From: a virus
IMG/VR virus record: IMGVR_UViG_3300045988_125828
Span: 1 to 64,000 of that record
Length of the DNA: 64,000 nt
Reading direction: 5' to 3' (one strand)
Part shown: piece by piece, positions 8,647-17,313 of the stretch
How the letters are laid out: every line of letters begins with the position of its first letter
Position numbering within the stretch: position 1 is the first letter of the stretch
The notes under the pieces: model-generated
Database searches by the model: none
The model's input: only the letters and a program-made list of their open reading frames with translations
Told to the model about the DNA's origin: nothing
Program-made: the position numbers and the translations under genes

Positions 8647-8706
8647 ATTGTTATTTCTTTCCGCATGACGGGCATTTAACCGTCTTTGCGGGCTTTGGTT
8701 TTACAA

Positions 8707-9018
8707 TTACAAATCTTCCCATAACCGATCGTATTTTTTGTTTATATAAGCCAAAAGCAAATCAATCCATAGTGCGGCCAAAGCGCACAGAAAAGAAACA
8801 AGGATGCAACGAATAACCGGACCTCCGCATGCAATGCCGTAAGCCAGCGTGAGCCAAAAGCTGATACACTTGCTGCATTTCAGCTTCTCTGATAAGCGTC
8901 CTATCTTTCCCGGGTTTACCGGAACAAGTCTTTTCAAAATGCCTGATATGGCGTCGAAAAGTCCCAAATAGATGAACAGGCATACGGAAATGGTTATTAT
9001 CATTGCATCCCCAATCAT
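8707..9018 (-). CDS. membrane protein (103 aa, ~3 TM segments)
   Basis: Hydrophobic segments IITISVCLFIYLGLF, ISFWLTLAYGIACGG and LVSFLCALAALWIDLLL. Confidence 0.6.
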   Translation of the reverse strand: MIGDAMIITISVCLFIYLGLFDAISGILKRLVPVNPGKIGRLSEKLKCSKCISFWLTLAYGIACGGPVIRCILVSFLCALAALWIDLLLAYINKKYDRLWEDL

Positions 9019-9021
9019 ACA

Positions 9022-9570
9022 CTACTTGTTTTTGGATGATTTGGTTTCGTTTGCTAAGCTTTCATCTTCACCAAGCAATGCAGCTACGGCAGGCGCAGGA
9101 GCAGGGCTTGTGACAGTCAGGCCGAACTCTATTTCCACCGCATTTGTTTTCGTGCAGCAGTCTTGTACGTTGGTAGGACTTACCAGCACATTAGGCGTAA
9201 CGGTAAGTGTTGCCGATGTGGGTACTGTGGTTGAATAGAACGGTACGGTAATTGAAGTGAACACTGTATCCGTCTGCGGGCATACGTCACAATTGTTGCA
9301 TCCGCATACGTATGGCAGATAACTTACCGAACCTACCAATTGGATAGACAGCGAATAAAGGTTTCCGCCTAAAGAATCAATAGACTTTAAAACGGCCCTC
9401 ATGGTCCCGCTCAAAGGATATTGGGCGGTGATACAGATGTTCCGGTTACGACACAGATAATGAATCAGGTCAATGTAATACATTATTGGGGATGGTGTCG
9501 TAGTCCCTGTGGCTACGGGGACAAGCTCCAATACGGAGGTTTGTCCCGATTTGTTTTTACAACAGCTCAT
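9022..9570 (-). CDS. hypothetical Cys-rich protein (182 aa)
   Basis: Track ORF; several CxxC-like pairs (CGCNNCDVC, DCC). Confidence 0.65.
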   Translation of the reverse strand: MSCCKNKSGQTSVLELVPVATGTTTPSPIMYYIDLIHYLCRNRNICITAQYPLSGTMRAVLKSIDSLGGNLYSLSIQLVGSVSYLPYVCGCNNCDVCPQTDTVFTSITVPFYSTTVPTSATLTVTPNVLVSPTNVQDCCTKTNAVEIEFGLTVTSPAPAPAVAALLGEDESLANETKSSKNK

Positions 9571-9593
9571 AATGAATCGTTTTTTTATTAATA

Positions 9594-9800
9594 TTATTCA
9601 GCAACGGGTTCCTCTGCTGATTGAGGGTATTTCTTTGGAGCCGGCACCCGGCTCTTCATCTCTTTTACAGAATCAGGCGTTCCTACACCCAGCAGCACAT
9701 CGAGTTTTGCTTCAATGTTTATCAGCCGTTGTTCCGTAGCTATCAGGAACTTATTGTTTGATACTGCTATCTCGTAAATGGCTTGTATGTATTCGTTCAT
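9594..9800 (-). CDS. hypothetical protein (68 aa)
   Basis: Track ORF. Confidence 0.55.
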   Translation of the reverse strand: MNEYIQAIYEIAVSNNKFLIATEQRLINIEAKLDVLLGVGTPDSVKEMKSRVPAPKKYPQSAEEPVAE

Positions 9801-9809
9801 ATTGTTTTG

Positions 9810-10010
9810 TTATTTAAAATATTTGATGATTTGATTTTTTACAAACAGGTTGTCTTTCCATTTAGGAACGCACTCTGTCAGCTTTTGTGCTGTTACCGCT
9901 CTTCCCTCGGCAGCATGTTCGTTTACAAAGTCCTGCAATGCCTTTGAGGCTGCATCCGCTTCTTCCTGCGTATCGGCATATACTTTAAAATTTATTTCAA
10001 ATCCTTTCAT
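9810..10010 (-). CDS. hypothetical protein (66 aa)
   Basis: Track ORF. Confidence 0.55.
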   Translation of the reverse strand: MKGFEINFKVYADTQEEADAASKALQDFVNEHAAEGRAVTAQKLTECVPKWKDNLFVKNQIIKYFK

Positions 10011-10026
10011 AGTGCATTTGTTTTAA

Positions 10027-10386
10027 TTACAACGGAGGCAGAGGCGGTGATACTGGAGCGGCACCCGAAGGCGGCATTCCACCTCCTTTTTTCAGGCTTT
10101 TCAAGAACTCTATGCCTTGCATGATATCGTTCTGATTTTCTTTCACCCAGCCGAATATCGTTCCGGCGGTATCCCTCACCTGTTGCATGGTTGTGGGAGG
10201 AGCAACATCAAACGTAGGCAGTTCTTCCATGTCCTTAGCGAGAAAATCATACAGCTTCTCCGCTTCCTCTACGTTTCCTTTGGCTATCATCAGAGTTTGC
10301 ATTTTCAGTGCAACCTTACTGGTAGGCTTTATCATTTTCAGCATTTCCATATTGTATTTTTTCTTTCTCCAAAACATAAGTAGCAA
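10027..10386 (-). CDS. hypothetical protein (119 aa; start uncertain)
   Basis: Track ORF with a Pro-rich C-terminus. Confidence 0.6.
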   Translation of the reverse strand: MLLMFWRKKKYNMEMLKMIKPTSKVALKMQTLMIAKGNVEEAEKLYDFLAKDMEELPTFDVAPPTTMQQVRDTAGTIFGWVKENQNDIMQGIEFLKSLKKGGGMPPSGAAPVSPPLPPL

Positions 10387-10442
10387 TGTTTTTTGTAAAA
10401 AGGGAAAGGCTTAGTGTGCCCTTCCCCGATACCGAAATGCAA

Positions 10443-10919
10443 TTAGCCGTTGCAAGGACATCCGCAAGGCTGCGGTGCGCTGTACAATGCTACGGGCTGC
10501 GGACACATCTGTGAGCGACCTGTCAAACGGTCAGCCACGATCTGTGCTTCTGCCTGTGCGTATGCGCTTGCTCCTGCTCCCGCCAAAGCGTTAGCCGTAG
10601 CGCCTGTCTGAACATTTACGTAGTCAATCATGCGAGGTTGCTGATTTACACGTTCTGCGCGTTCTGCAATAGCCAGTTGAGCCAGTCGGTCAATGTCTCT
10701 TTGGTTAGCTTTGCTTCCCTGTGCGGCATAAACGCCACCGAAAATCCAAGCTCCGATGCCAGTCAACAAGGCTGCACTGCCGATAGTAATAGCTGCAATT
10801 GATGTTCCGCTGGGTCTCTTTGCTGTTTTTTCAGCCACCATGAAGTGCTCGTAGGAACTCATGTCGGTTCCGTCGGACATGGCTTTCATTGCCATTAAAT
10901 CTTCTGCTGTCATAGTCAT
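10443..10919 (-). CDS. membrane-anchored protein (158 aa)
   Basis: One TM segment (IAAITIGSAALLTGIGAWIFGGVYAA). Ala-rich region and Cys-rich end CGCPCNG. Confidence 0.6.
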   Translation of the reverse strand: MTMTAEDLMAMKAMSDGTDMSSYEHFMVAEKTAKRPSGTSIAAITIGSAALLTGIGAWIFGGVYAAQGSKANQRDIDRLAQLAIAERAERVNQQPRMIDYVNVQTGATANALAGAGASAYAQAEAQIVADRLTGRSQMCPQPVALYSAPQPCGCPCNG

Positions 10920-10977
10920 AAAATATTTATTGTTTCAAGGCAGCCCGATGTAGGCTGCATGACAAAGGACGACAGAA

Positions 10978-11289
10978 TCAATGTGCTATTATAGAAGAAA
11001 CGAGCGGGTTATGGGCAAGTTCGGAGCTAATTTCGTGCAGGCAGTTTTTTACGCTCCACTTGTTTATTTTTACATCGAAATGGTTTCGTATCCTGTTTAC
11101 CGACTGACGGGGTATCTTAGTTTGACGGGATATTTCCTCGTCCGTTAAAAACTGCGATAGGAAGTACACCAAAAGATAGCGCGCGTCTACGCATTCTTCT
11201 TTTTTACTGTCTATCAGTTCCAATTCTCCAACCCCTGTATGCCTGCATACCGTAGACATCATAATCTGATACAAATCTCCTGTTTTCAT
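10978..11289 (-). CDS. HTH DNA-binding protein (DnaA domain IV-like)
   Basis: ECVDARYLLVYFLSQFLTDEEISRQTKIPRQSVNRIRNHF resembles the DnaA C-terminal HTH. Confidence 0.35.
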   Translation of the reverse strand: MKTGDLYQIMMSTVCRHTGVGELELIDSKKEECVDARYLLVYFLSQFLTDEEISRQTKIPRQSVNRIRNHFDVKINKWSVKNCLHEISSELAHNPLVSSIIAH

Positions 11290-11425
11290 ATTATTCTGCT
11301 TTAAAACATGTAATTATTAAAAACAAAAATCACAACCCGGCGTTATTAAACTCGAAAGCCTCGTAACAACTCGGATTGTGATTGTTGTCTCTTGTGTTCG
11401 TTTCGCAGACAGAGGACAAGAGATA

Positions 11426-11451
11426 GGGGCTTTCTTTCTACTCTAAGCCCC
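11426..11451 (-). terminator. hairpin downstream of the spanin-like gene
   Basis: GGGGCTT/AAGCCCC stem. Further hairpins at 11390-11423 and 11328-11383. Confidence 0.35.
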
Positions 11452-11483
11452 GAAAGAGCGTCAGCTAAAGCCAACTTCTACAC

Positions 11484-11969
11484 TTATTTCTTTTTTATCC
11501 TTATGGCAAGCCAAATAACGGCCAATGCGACACATGCAATGTTTAGCATCATGCTCGCACCTCCGTAATTGATTTTAAACCGTTCCCACCATGATAGTTT
11601 CCTTTCCACAGGATAGGGCTTTGGCACTTCAATTCTTCTTATCTTTTCAATGAAGTAAGGTATCTTGACCGTCACCGTAGATTGGGGATAGATGCCTAAT
11701 GAGTGGTTCAATATCCCCTTATTCCAAGACGCATAACTATAAGCATACGGGTTATGCAGGAATGACACAGTATCGCGGGTAGACACGCTGTCTTTATAAG
11801 GCATCAGCTTCTCCTGAAACGTTGTATCGTGGTAGACTATACTGTCAAGCACTTTGGTTTCAACAGGCACATAGACCGTCCTCGTTCGGCACGAAGCAAA
11901 CACGAACACCAGCAGCATAGCCAGCAATCCAACAGACGCCCAAAACAATAGATTTCTTAGTTCTTTCAT
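11484..11969 (-). CDS. unimolecular-spanin-like lipoprotein (N-terminal lipobox, C-terminal TM)
   Basis: From ATG 11969: MKELRNLLFWASVGLLAMLLVFVFASC (lipobox FASC). C-terminal TM MMLNIACVALAVIWLAIRI. Lies immediately downstream of the endolysin. Confidence 0.4.
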   Translation of the reverse strand: MKELRNLLFWASVGLLAMLLVFVFASCRTRTVYVPVETKVLDSIVYHDTTFQEKLMPYKDSVSTRDTVSFLHNPYAYSYASWNKGILNHSLGIYPQSTVTVKIPYFIEKIRRIEVPKPYPVERKLSWWERFKINYGGASMMLNIACVALAVIWLAIRIKKK

Positions 11970-11973
11970 GGCA

Positions 11974-12414
11974 TTATCCTTTGAAATATATGACTTTACC
12001 CTTTGTTCCGTCATTACGCATATCAAGATGCACCCACGTAACATCCTGCTCCAGCCTTATGGGATACGGAAGAAGTATTTGGTTTGCCTTAATCCAGTTA
12101 CGGACCTCAAGAGCCGTCATGTCCTTTACATCGAAATCAATGCCCGTACCTTGTATGTGTGCCGATACGTACACTTTCTCAAACCTTGTTTTTTCTGCAA
12201 CAAGCTGGCAGACATTGCATCTTAACCCTCGTTGTGTCACATTACCGCCTACCTGCCAATTATTCACATAGATAGGCTTGCCAAGTTTCTCCCTGATAAC
12301 AAGCAGTGTTTCCAACAGGCGGTTATCGAAGAACTGCCAAGCGTTATTACCGAACTTCTCGTACACGTGCCTGCATACAAGTTCCTGAACGTCGAAGTAG
12401 CCTTTAATATTCAT
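11974..12414 (-). CDS. endolysin, zinc peptidase M15 family (L-Ala-D-Glu / D-Ala-D-Ala peptidase type)
   Basis: SAHIQGTGIDFD (H-x6-D) and WVHLD motifs. 146 aa, next to the holin. Confidence 0.8.
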   Translation of the reverse strand: MNIKGYFDVQELVCRHVYEKFGNNAWQFFDNRLLETLLVIREKLGKPIYVNNWQVGGNVTQRGLRCNVCQLVAEKTRFEKVYVSAHIQGTGIDFDVKDMTALEVRNWIKANQILLPYPIRLEQDVTWVHLDMRNDGTKGKVIYFKG

Positions 12415-12581
12415 TTCTTTTTCTCCTCGTTTTTGGTTATTGCTATATTTGCAAAAAAAATCATGTTAAAATACAACTCATTTTTCTATGGATTTATCGA
12501 CATATCCGGTTCCCTTTATCGAAAGTGTATAAATTATGACATAAAAAGAAAATGGTGCAATAAAAGCAAAGTCAATTAAAC

Positions 12582-13049
12582 TCATTTCTTTTCCTCCTTA
12601 TCTTTCGTTATTATCTCACTAACATCTTCCTTATCAACATTAAAAACCTTTTTGCAGAATACGCCCAAAGCTTTTAATATATTGAAATCATACCCCTTAG
12701 GCTTTAATATGTTGCTTATAATAGAACAAAACTCTATAAAGCACACAAAGAGACAGGAATATATATCAATGTTCCACTTGTCCCCGGAAGCAATGTTTAT
12801 CATCACAACCATGCAGACAAAGGCAAAGTAAGTTACCATTTTACCCATAGTACGGCGTATGGCTCCGGAGAAACGTACTTCCTCATTCATTAATAAACTC
12901 TTCCTAACTCCAAACGCCAAATCGCAGATAATAACTGCAAATGATACTATCAGCCAAGGTATCATGTGTTCCAATGACCGTACAATAAAGCTGCTTGCTA
13001 TCATCGCAAATCCACCCGGTATGCTTTGGGTAACAATGTTTTCTTTCAT
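12582..13049 (-). CDS. holin (Phage_holin_4_1-like)
   Basis: 155 aa with 3-4 TM segments. ICDLAFGVRKS...SGAIRRTMGKM resembles the D-x-x-T/F-G...S...GK signature. Charged C-terminus. Confidence 0.65.
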   Translation of the reverse strand: MKENIVTQSIPGGFAMIASSFIVRSLEHMIPWLIVSFAVIICDLAFGVRKSLLMNEEVRFSGAIRRTMGKMVTYFAFVCMVVMINIASGDKWNIDIYSCLFVCFIEFCSIISNILKPKGYDFNILKALGVFCKKVFNVDKEDVSEIITKDKEEKK

Positions 13050-13347
13050 TTTATCGTTATGTTTAAATTTCTTCCTATCTTTGTGTCACGTACAAACTGT
13101 AAGCGTAAATTTTATTAATCAGGCAGACTTTAGTTATCAAGATTACTGTTCGTATTAAATGGTCTGCCTTGCCCGCCTTATTCGTGAGAACAGGACGAGG
13201 TTTTTATAATATATCTTTTAATACGTTTCATTTCGTTTCTATATTAATTTCTTTATCTTTGCAGACAGCATCAATAAGCTAACTACTGTGCATCCCCGTT
13301 TGGCTCGTGAGAGTGGAACGGGGAATTTGCTTATTTGTTTCATCGTA

Positions 13348-14757
13348 CTATCTGCAAGTTATATTCACTGTCTGAACATCCATAGTTACGAATGAACCTT
13401 TATTGTCAGAGGTAGCCTCAAAGACCAAATAAGAAGCGGTGCCGGACCTTAACAGGCTGCTGAAAACCAAATAGAACTCCTGATACTGTCCCTCGGTTGA
13501 AGAAGGCTCTATATATATCTGACTGATATTCTGCAAAGAACTATTTGCGGGTTGTCCGAACTGGCTGCTTTGATATGTTCCGGCCACAACAGAGCATCTT
13601 ATTTTTATGGTCCCTTCTCCTGAAGAAGGCGTGAACGATGAGTTTTCAGGAATAATGTACATCCCCTTCGCCTTACGCTCTATCTTCATCCTTACACAAA
13701 AATATCTTGTGCCTGAAAAAGAGAAAGTAAGGTCGCTGTCTCTTGAATACCAAGTAGGATTAACCAACGTAAACGCCACATAGGTAAGGCTTGCCCGGCG
13801 GCTGAAATAGTTTACTATGCTAATCCTTTTGAAAAACGGAGTATCGCTGCCATTCCATGGAGCTACAATGCCCGTTCCGCCCTCGGCACTTCCACTTGAG
13901 CTTATTTTCTGAACACCCATACATACATACAGCGACCGCCCGACAAGCTGGCTTGTATTCTGCATTATCTGCGAAAGCTGGATCTTTATATATTCTGCCC
14001 AGTCGGTAACGTTTGCAATATCTTGCCCTGATATTTGTTTGTAAGTCGGAGCGTCCATTACATAAAAAGGCATACCCGTTTCCAAGTAGCATTCAACAAC
14101 AAACCTATATCCGGAAGATGTCGTAAAAAAGTCCCTGAAATTAAAATCGGACCCCGAATTTATCATGCAAAAAGCAGTGAAGCTATCTTCATCAAACATA
14201 TTCAGTTCCGACTTATAATTAGTTATGCCTGTTGTAAACGGCTGGACAGCCGCGGTATTGTACCCTTTGAAATCACCAAGTCGGTAAGGCTCACCCTGTC
14301 CGCCTCTCGGAAGCTGATATTCCCAGTTGGGGTAATTTGCTTGAGAAGGGTTTGTGGTAATTTCATAAGCCATTTTATTGAAATACACATATCCCGCCTT
14401 CAATGTTGGGGTAACCATTCCCCACATACACCCGTCCGCACGTGTAGGGTCTGTGCTATAATCAAGGTTGAAGTTTGTTGCCTTTCGGTAAGGTTTGTAC
14501 TTGGCCCACTTGTTGATGTTAGCCCTCGTTTGGAAGAATGTTATCACCTCATTAGTGACACTTCCCCCCGCAGCGTTCAGTATGTCACGTATGTTACCTG
14601 CAAGGTTGACATTGGAATCAGGTACAATAGCCATATCATACCTCCTTCCGTATAATGGTGATACCACCAGTAACAGCAATAGACATATCACTGTCACCGT
14701 TAATCTCGTAGTCGCCATGTACGACCCTGTCCGCTTCATATAGGCTTTCATCTGCAT
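13348..14757 (-). CDS. receptor-binding / tail fibre protein, paralog 1 (probable true start ATG 14634)
   Basis: From MAIVPDSNVNLAGNIRDILNAAGGSVTNEVITFFQTRANINKWAKYKP it aligns with the N-terminus of 16144..17313. AGGAGG lies 6 nt before ATG 14634. The C-terminal two thirds are unrelated. Confidence 0.7.
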   Translation of the reverse strand: MQMKAYMKRTGSYMATTRLTVTVICLLLLLVVSPLYGRRYDMAIVPDSNVNLAGNIRDILNAAGGSVTNEVITFFQTRANINKWAKYKPYRKATNFNLDYSTDPTRADGCMWGMVTPTLKAGYVYFNKMAYEITTNPSQANYPNWEYQLPRGGQGEPYRLGDFKGYNTAAVQPFTTGITNYKSELNMFDEDSFTAFCMINSGSDFNFRDFFTTSSGYRFVVECYLETGMPFYVMDAPTYKQISGQDIANVTDWAEYIKIQLSQIMQNTSQLVGRSLYVCMGVQKISSSGSAEGGTGIVAPWNGSDTPFFKRISIVNYFSRRASLTYVAFTLVNPTWYSRDSDLTFSFSGTRYFCVRMKIERKAKGMYIIPENSSFTPSSGEGTIKIRCSVVAGTYQSSQFGQPANSSLQNISQIYIEPSSTEGQYQEFYLVFSSLLRSGTASYLVFEATSDNKGSFVTMDVQTVNITCR

Positions 14758-14781
14758 AACAATTCCAATTAGAGGATTTTA

Positions 14782-14790
14782 CCCCCCCCC
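14782..14790 (-). repeat. G9 homopolymer (C9 on + strand)
   Basis: Read directly. It lies inside a 24-codon mini-ORF (14779..14853, MKKVKVDLLVVGNLFVINNLRGGG*) upstream of the fibre gene. Confidence 0.9.
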
Positions 14791-14871
14791 TCGCAAGTTG
14801 TTGATAACAAATAGATTACCAACAACCAACAAATCAACCTTTACCTTTTTCATGACACAACCCCTTCTTGA

Positions 14872-15336
14872 TTACTGAACCATTACTTCTTGAATTTTGA
14901 TTATATCATCTACCTTGAAGTCATTGCTGGAGATGAATTTACCGAAGGCATCTTCTGATAGTTTTTCATACTCCAATTCATGCTTTCTTTCCGTTTCTTC
15001 TTTCAGGCACTCTTCCAACTTCTTGTAGTATTCTTTGAAGAACTTGTTGATTTCCCTACGCTCATCTTCTGCCAAAGTGGTTTTATCACCGTCCTTTTGC
15101 CATTGCTGGGCTTTCTTCTGCATCTCCTCGAAGTTTTCCCCCTTTAGCTTTTCCTGCGCGTCTTTCTGAAAATCGTCAAAGTCGGCCGCAATAGGTTTGA
15201 GTTTTCTTACTGCCTTAATCACAATGAATTTATCCTTATCTTCCATTTTGGTAAGTTTGCTATCATTAAGGAGCTTATATACCGACAGGACGGTGTCTGT
15301 TGTAATTTCATTTTTTGATTTTTTATTTTCGCTCAT
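14872..15336 (-). CDS. hypothetical acidic coiled-coil protein (154 aa)
   Basis: Track ORF, Lys/Glu-rich, located between the fibre paralogs. Confidence 0.65.
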   Translation of the reverse strand: MSENKKSKNEITTDTVLSVYKLLNDSKLTKMEDKDKFIVIKAVRKLKPIAADFDDFQKDAQEKLKGENFEEMQKKAQQWQKDGDKTTLAEDERREINKFFKEYYKKLEECLKEETERKHELEYEKLSEDAFGKFISSNDFKVDDIIKIQEVMVQ

Positions 15337-15368
15337 TTTATTATTCTTTTAATGGTTATACGATTAGA

Positions 15369-15704
15369 TTACGGCAATGAAACAGACTGTGCGGTAGCTA
15401 CCTTAGCTTTCGTGTCGGTGATAAAAGTGTTGACGGCCGCGGTAATCTCGCACTGTTCCTGCCTTTCTCCTACGTTATGGTTGATGCTTAGGTTCTCGTT
15501 GCCGTAGCTGTTGAAAGTAGCCACCTGTGAGCCGTCTTTCTTCACTGTGCCTGAATTGATATTGTTCACCACACCGTTGTTAACCTCTGCATCCGCTTCA
15601 ATGTCATAGACCTTAGACGCGTCTACGGAGTTATTTACTCTTATTGTTGCTCTCACTACTTTTTCATAAGCCACTTTTTCTGCGGCGGTTGTTGATGTAC
15701 TCAT
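15369..15704 (-). CDS. hypothetical protein (111 aa)
   Basis: Track ORF. Confidence 0.6.
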   Translation of the reverse strand: MSTSTTAAEKVAYEKVVRATIRVNNSVDASKVYDIEADAEVNNGVVNNINSGTVKKDGSQVATFNSYGNENLSINHNVGERQEQCEITAAVNTFITDTKAKVATAQSVSLP

Positions 15705-15726
15705 AACTTTTGTTTTTATTGGTTTA

Positions 15727-16116
15727 CTATTCGATTGTTATCATATTGTCATTTGCATCTACTTGAAGCCCAATAATTTTCATTTGGGAAAGGCCGATGA
15801 TGCCCAGTATCTCTATCCCGGTCTCACGCTCTATGCTGTTTCTCACGCCTGATATGTCGGTAATGAGGAACTGCGGAATATCTTTCCCGCCAAACCGCAC
15901 AAGCGTATTGCAGTAATACACATCTTCCATTTCACCGCCTGCACCAACAAGAGAGCCGGGGTATTTGCGCCCTCTCACGATGTCGAACTTCTTCACCTTG
16001 TCCTCGGCAATAAGCCCGACACTCGCACCTGTATCGATAAGGAAAAAGCCTTTCTTCCCGTTTACCTCGGCTTCAATGATAAGCCGCTTGTCTGATAATG
16101 ATTTGAACTGTTTCAT
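15727..16116 (-). CDS. retropepsin-like aspartic protease (clan AA)
   Basis: FFLIDTGASVGLI (D-T-G-A active-site motif) and ILGIIGL flap/dimer-like segment. 129 aa, the size of a single retropepsin lobe. Confidence 0.65.
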   Translation of the reverse strand: MKQFKSLSDKRLIIEAEVNGKKGFFLIDTGASVGLIAEDKVKKFDIVRGRKYPGSLVGAGGEMEDVYYCNTLVRFGGKDIPQFLITDISGVRNSIERETGIEILGIIGLSQMKIIGLQVDANDNMITIE

Positions 16117-16143
16117 GGTCTTTTATTAAGTTAATAATACGTC

Positions 16144-17313
16144 TTAAAACGAACCGCTTGCTGGCGGTGTGTTGCTTATATTCAGTGATTTGGTTATCTC
16201 ATTTCCTGTATATGAAACATACAAATACCAATAGCCATACACATTCGTCTTGGTAGTGGTGTAGAAATTGTTGTTAGTAAATGAGGTAATCGTTTTTGTC
16301 TCACCGGGTGCAATTGATATACTGGTTGAGCCGACATTCCATATTGACACATTCGAGACATTAGTCATGTTGCTTCCACTGAATGAGCATCTAAGGCCTG
16401 AAACACTTGTACTAATATTGCCATTGTTCTTAATTACGATACTGGTTAAATATAGCCTGTATCCGTTGCCATAGTCTGCTCTCGCATAGTTGGCGGTAAC
16501 CACCAACTGTGCTGCCTGCTTAACTATGGTGACTGTCGAGATAGACATTGTAAGTGGAAGACATTTTACCGTTTGATAACCGTTCCCGTCAGGATTTGGA
16601 AGCGAACTCGATTCAATGAGGAACGGCATTAACTTATAGGTTCCATAACAGTTCCTATCATTGATAGTAATAGCAGTCTCATGGTCTCCACCCTCTGTAT
16701 GGGTATGGACTTTTACCTGTTCGATAGCATAGAACGTTCCGTTGTCCCCTTTAAGGATTACTCCGAGATAGCAGTTATCTGCTGACAGAATCAATGTTCC
16801 GTACGGGTCTCTATTGTCAAGATAGGATATGTTCAGCCAATTTGGATGTGAACTTTTTCCCCTCAGATTGACATATACCGCTACCCATGTATTGCTTCCG
16901 CCCATTGTTAAGTTTGTTTTGCTGGACGGATATATAGGTGCGTCCGCGGCTCCGTCATAGCCCCTGAAATCATCTAACCTGTAAGGTGAGGAAGTGCCAC
17001 CAGTTGGCCTATCATATGTGTAGTACGCTGAAAGCTCCGCACTTGTCCTGTCGATGAATGCCTTGCAAGCGCCGAACTCGGTTTGCCATGGTATGTTTCC
17101 GATGCCATAGTTCTTGGTTGCCCTCTCTGCATCCGTCAAGTCGAAGTTTTTTGCGTAATTTATAGGCTTATACTTCGCCCATTTCCTAATATTAGCAGCA
17201 TCTGTAAAGAACGTTAAGCAGTCATTAGAAACACTCCCTCCGTATGCGTTGAGCGTATCGCGTATATCCTCTGTTTTAAGGTTTGTACTCGGTAATATAT
17301 TATACACTGCCAT
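16144..17313 (-). CDS. receptor-binding / tail fibre protein, paralog 2
   Basis: N-terminus DIRDTLNAYGGSVSNDCLTFFTDAANIRKWAKYKP ... PYRLDDFRGYD matches paralog 1. Start overlaps the upstream stop (TAATG). Confidence 0.7.
   Translation of the reverse strand: MAVYNILPSTNLKTEDIRDTLNAYGGSVSNDCLTFFTDAANIRKWAKYKPINYAKNFDLTDAERATKNYGIGNIPWQTEFGACKAFIDRTSAELSAYYTYDRPTGGTSSPYRLDDFRGYDGAADAPIYPSSKTNLTMGGSNTWVAVYVNLRGKSSHPNWLNISYLDNRDPYGTLILSADNCYLGVILKGDNGTFYAIEQVKVHTHTEGGDHETAITINDRNCYGTYKLMPFLIESSSLPNPDGNGYQTVKCLPLTMSISTVTIVKQAAQLVVTANYARADYGNGYRLYLTSIVIKNNGNISTSVSGLRCSFSGSNMTNVSNVSIWNVGSTSISIAPGETKTITSFTNNNFYTTTKTNVYGYWYLYVSYTGNEITKSLNISNTPPASGSF

Noticed and set aside
12443-12580. A + strand -7-like box (TATATTTG, 12443-12450) and a 38-codon ORF between the holin and endolysin genes
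   Set aside because: It is an isolated match in AT-rich spacer DNA. The ORF is antisense to the lysis operon with no supporting features, so it is insufficient to call.
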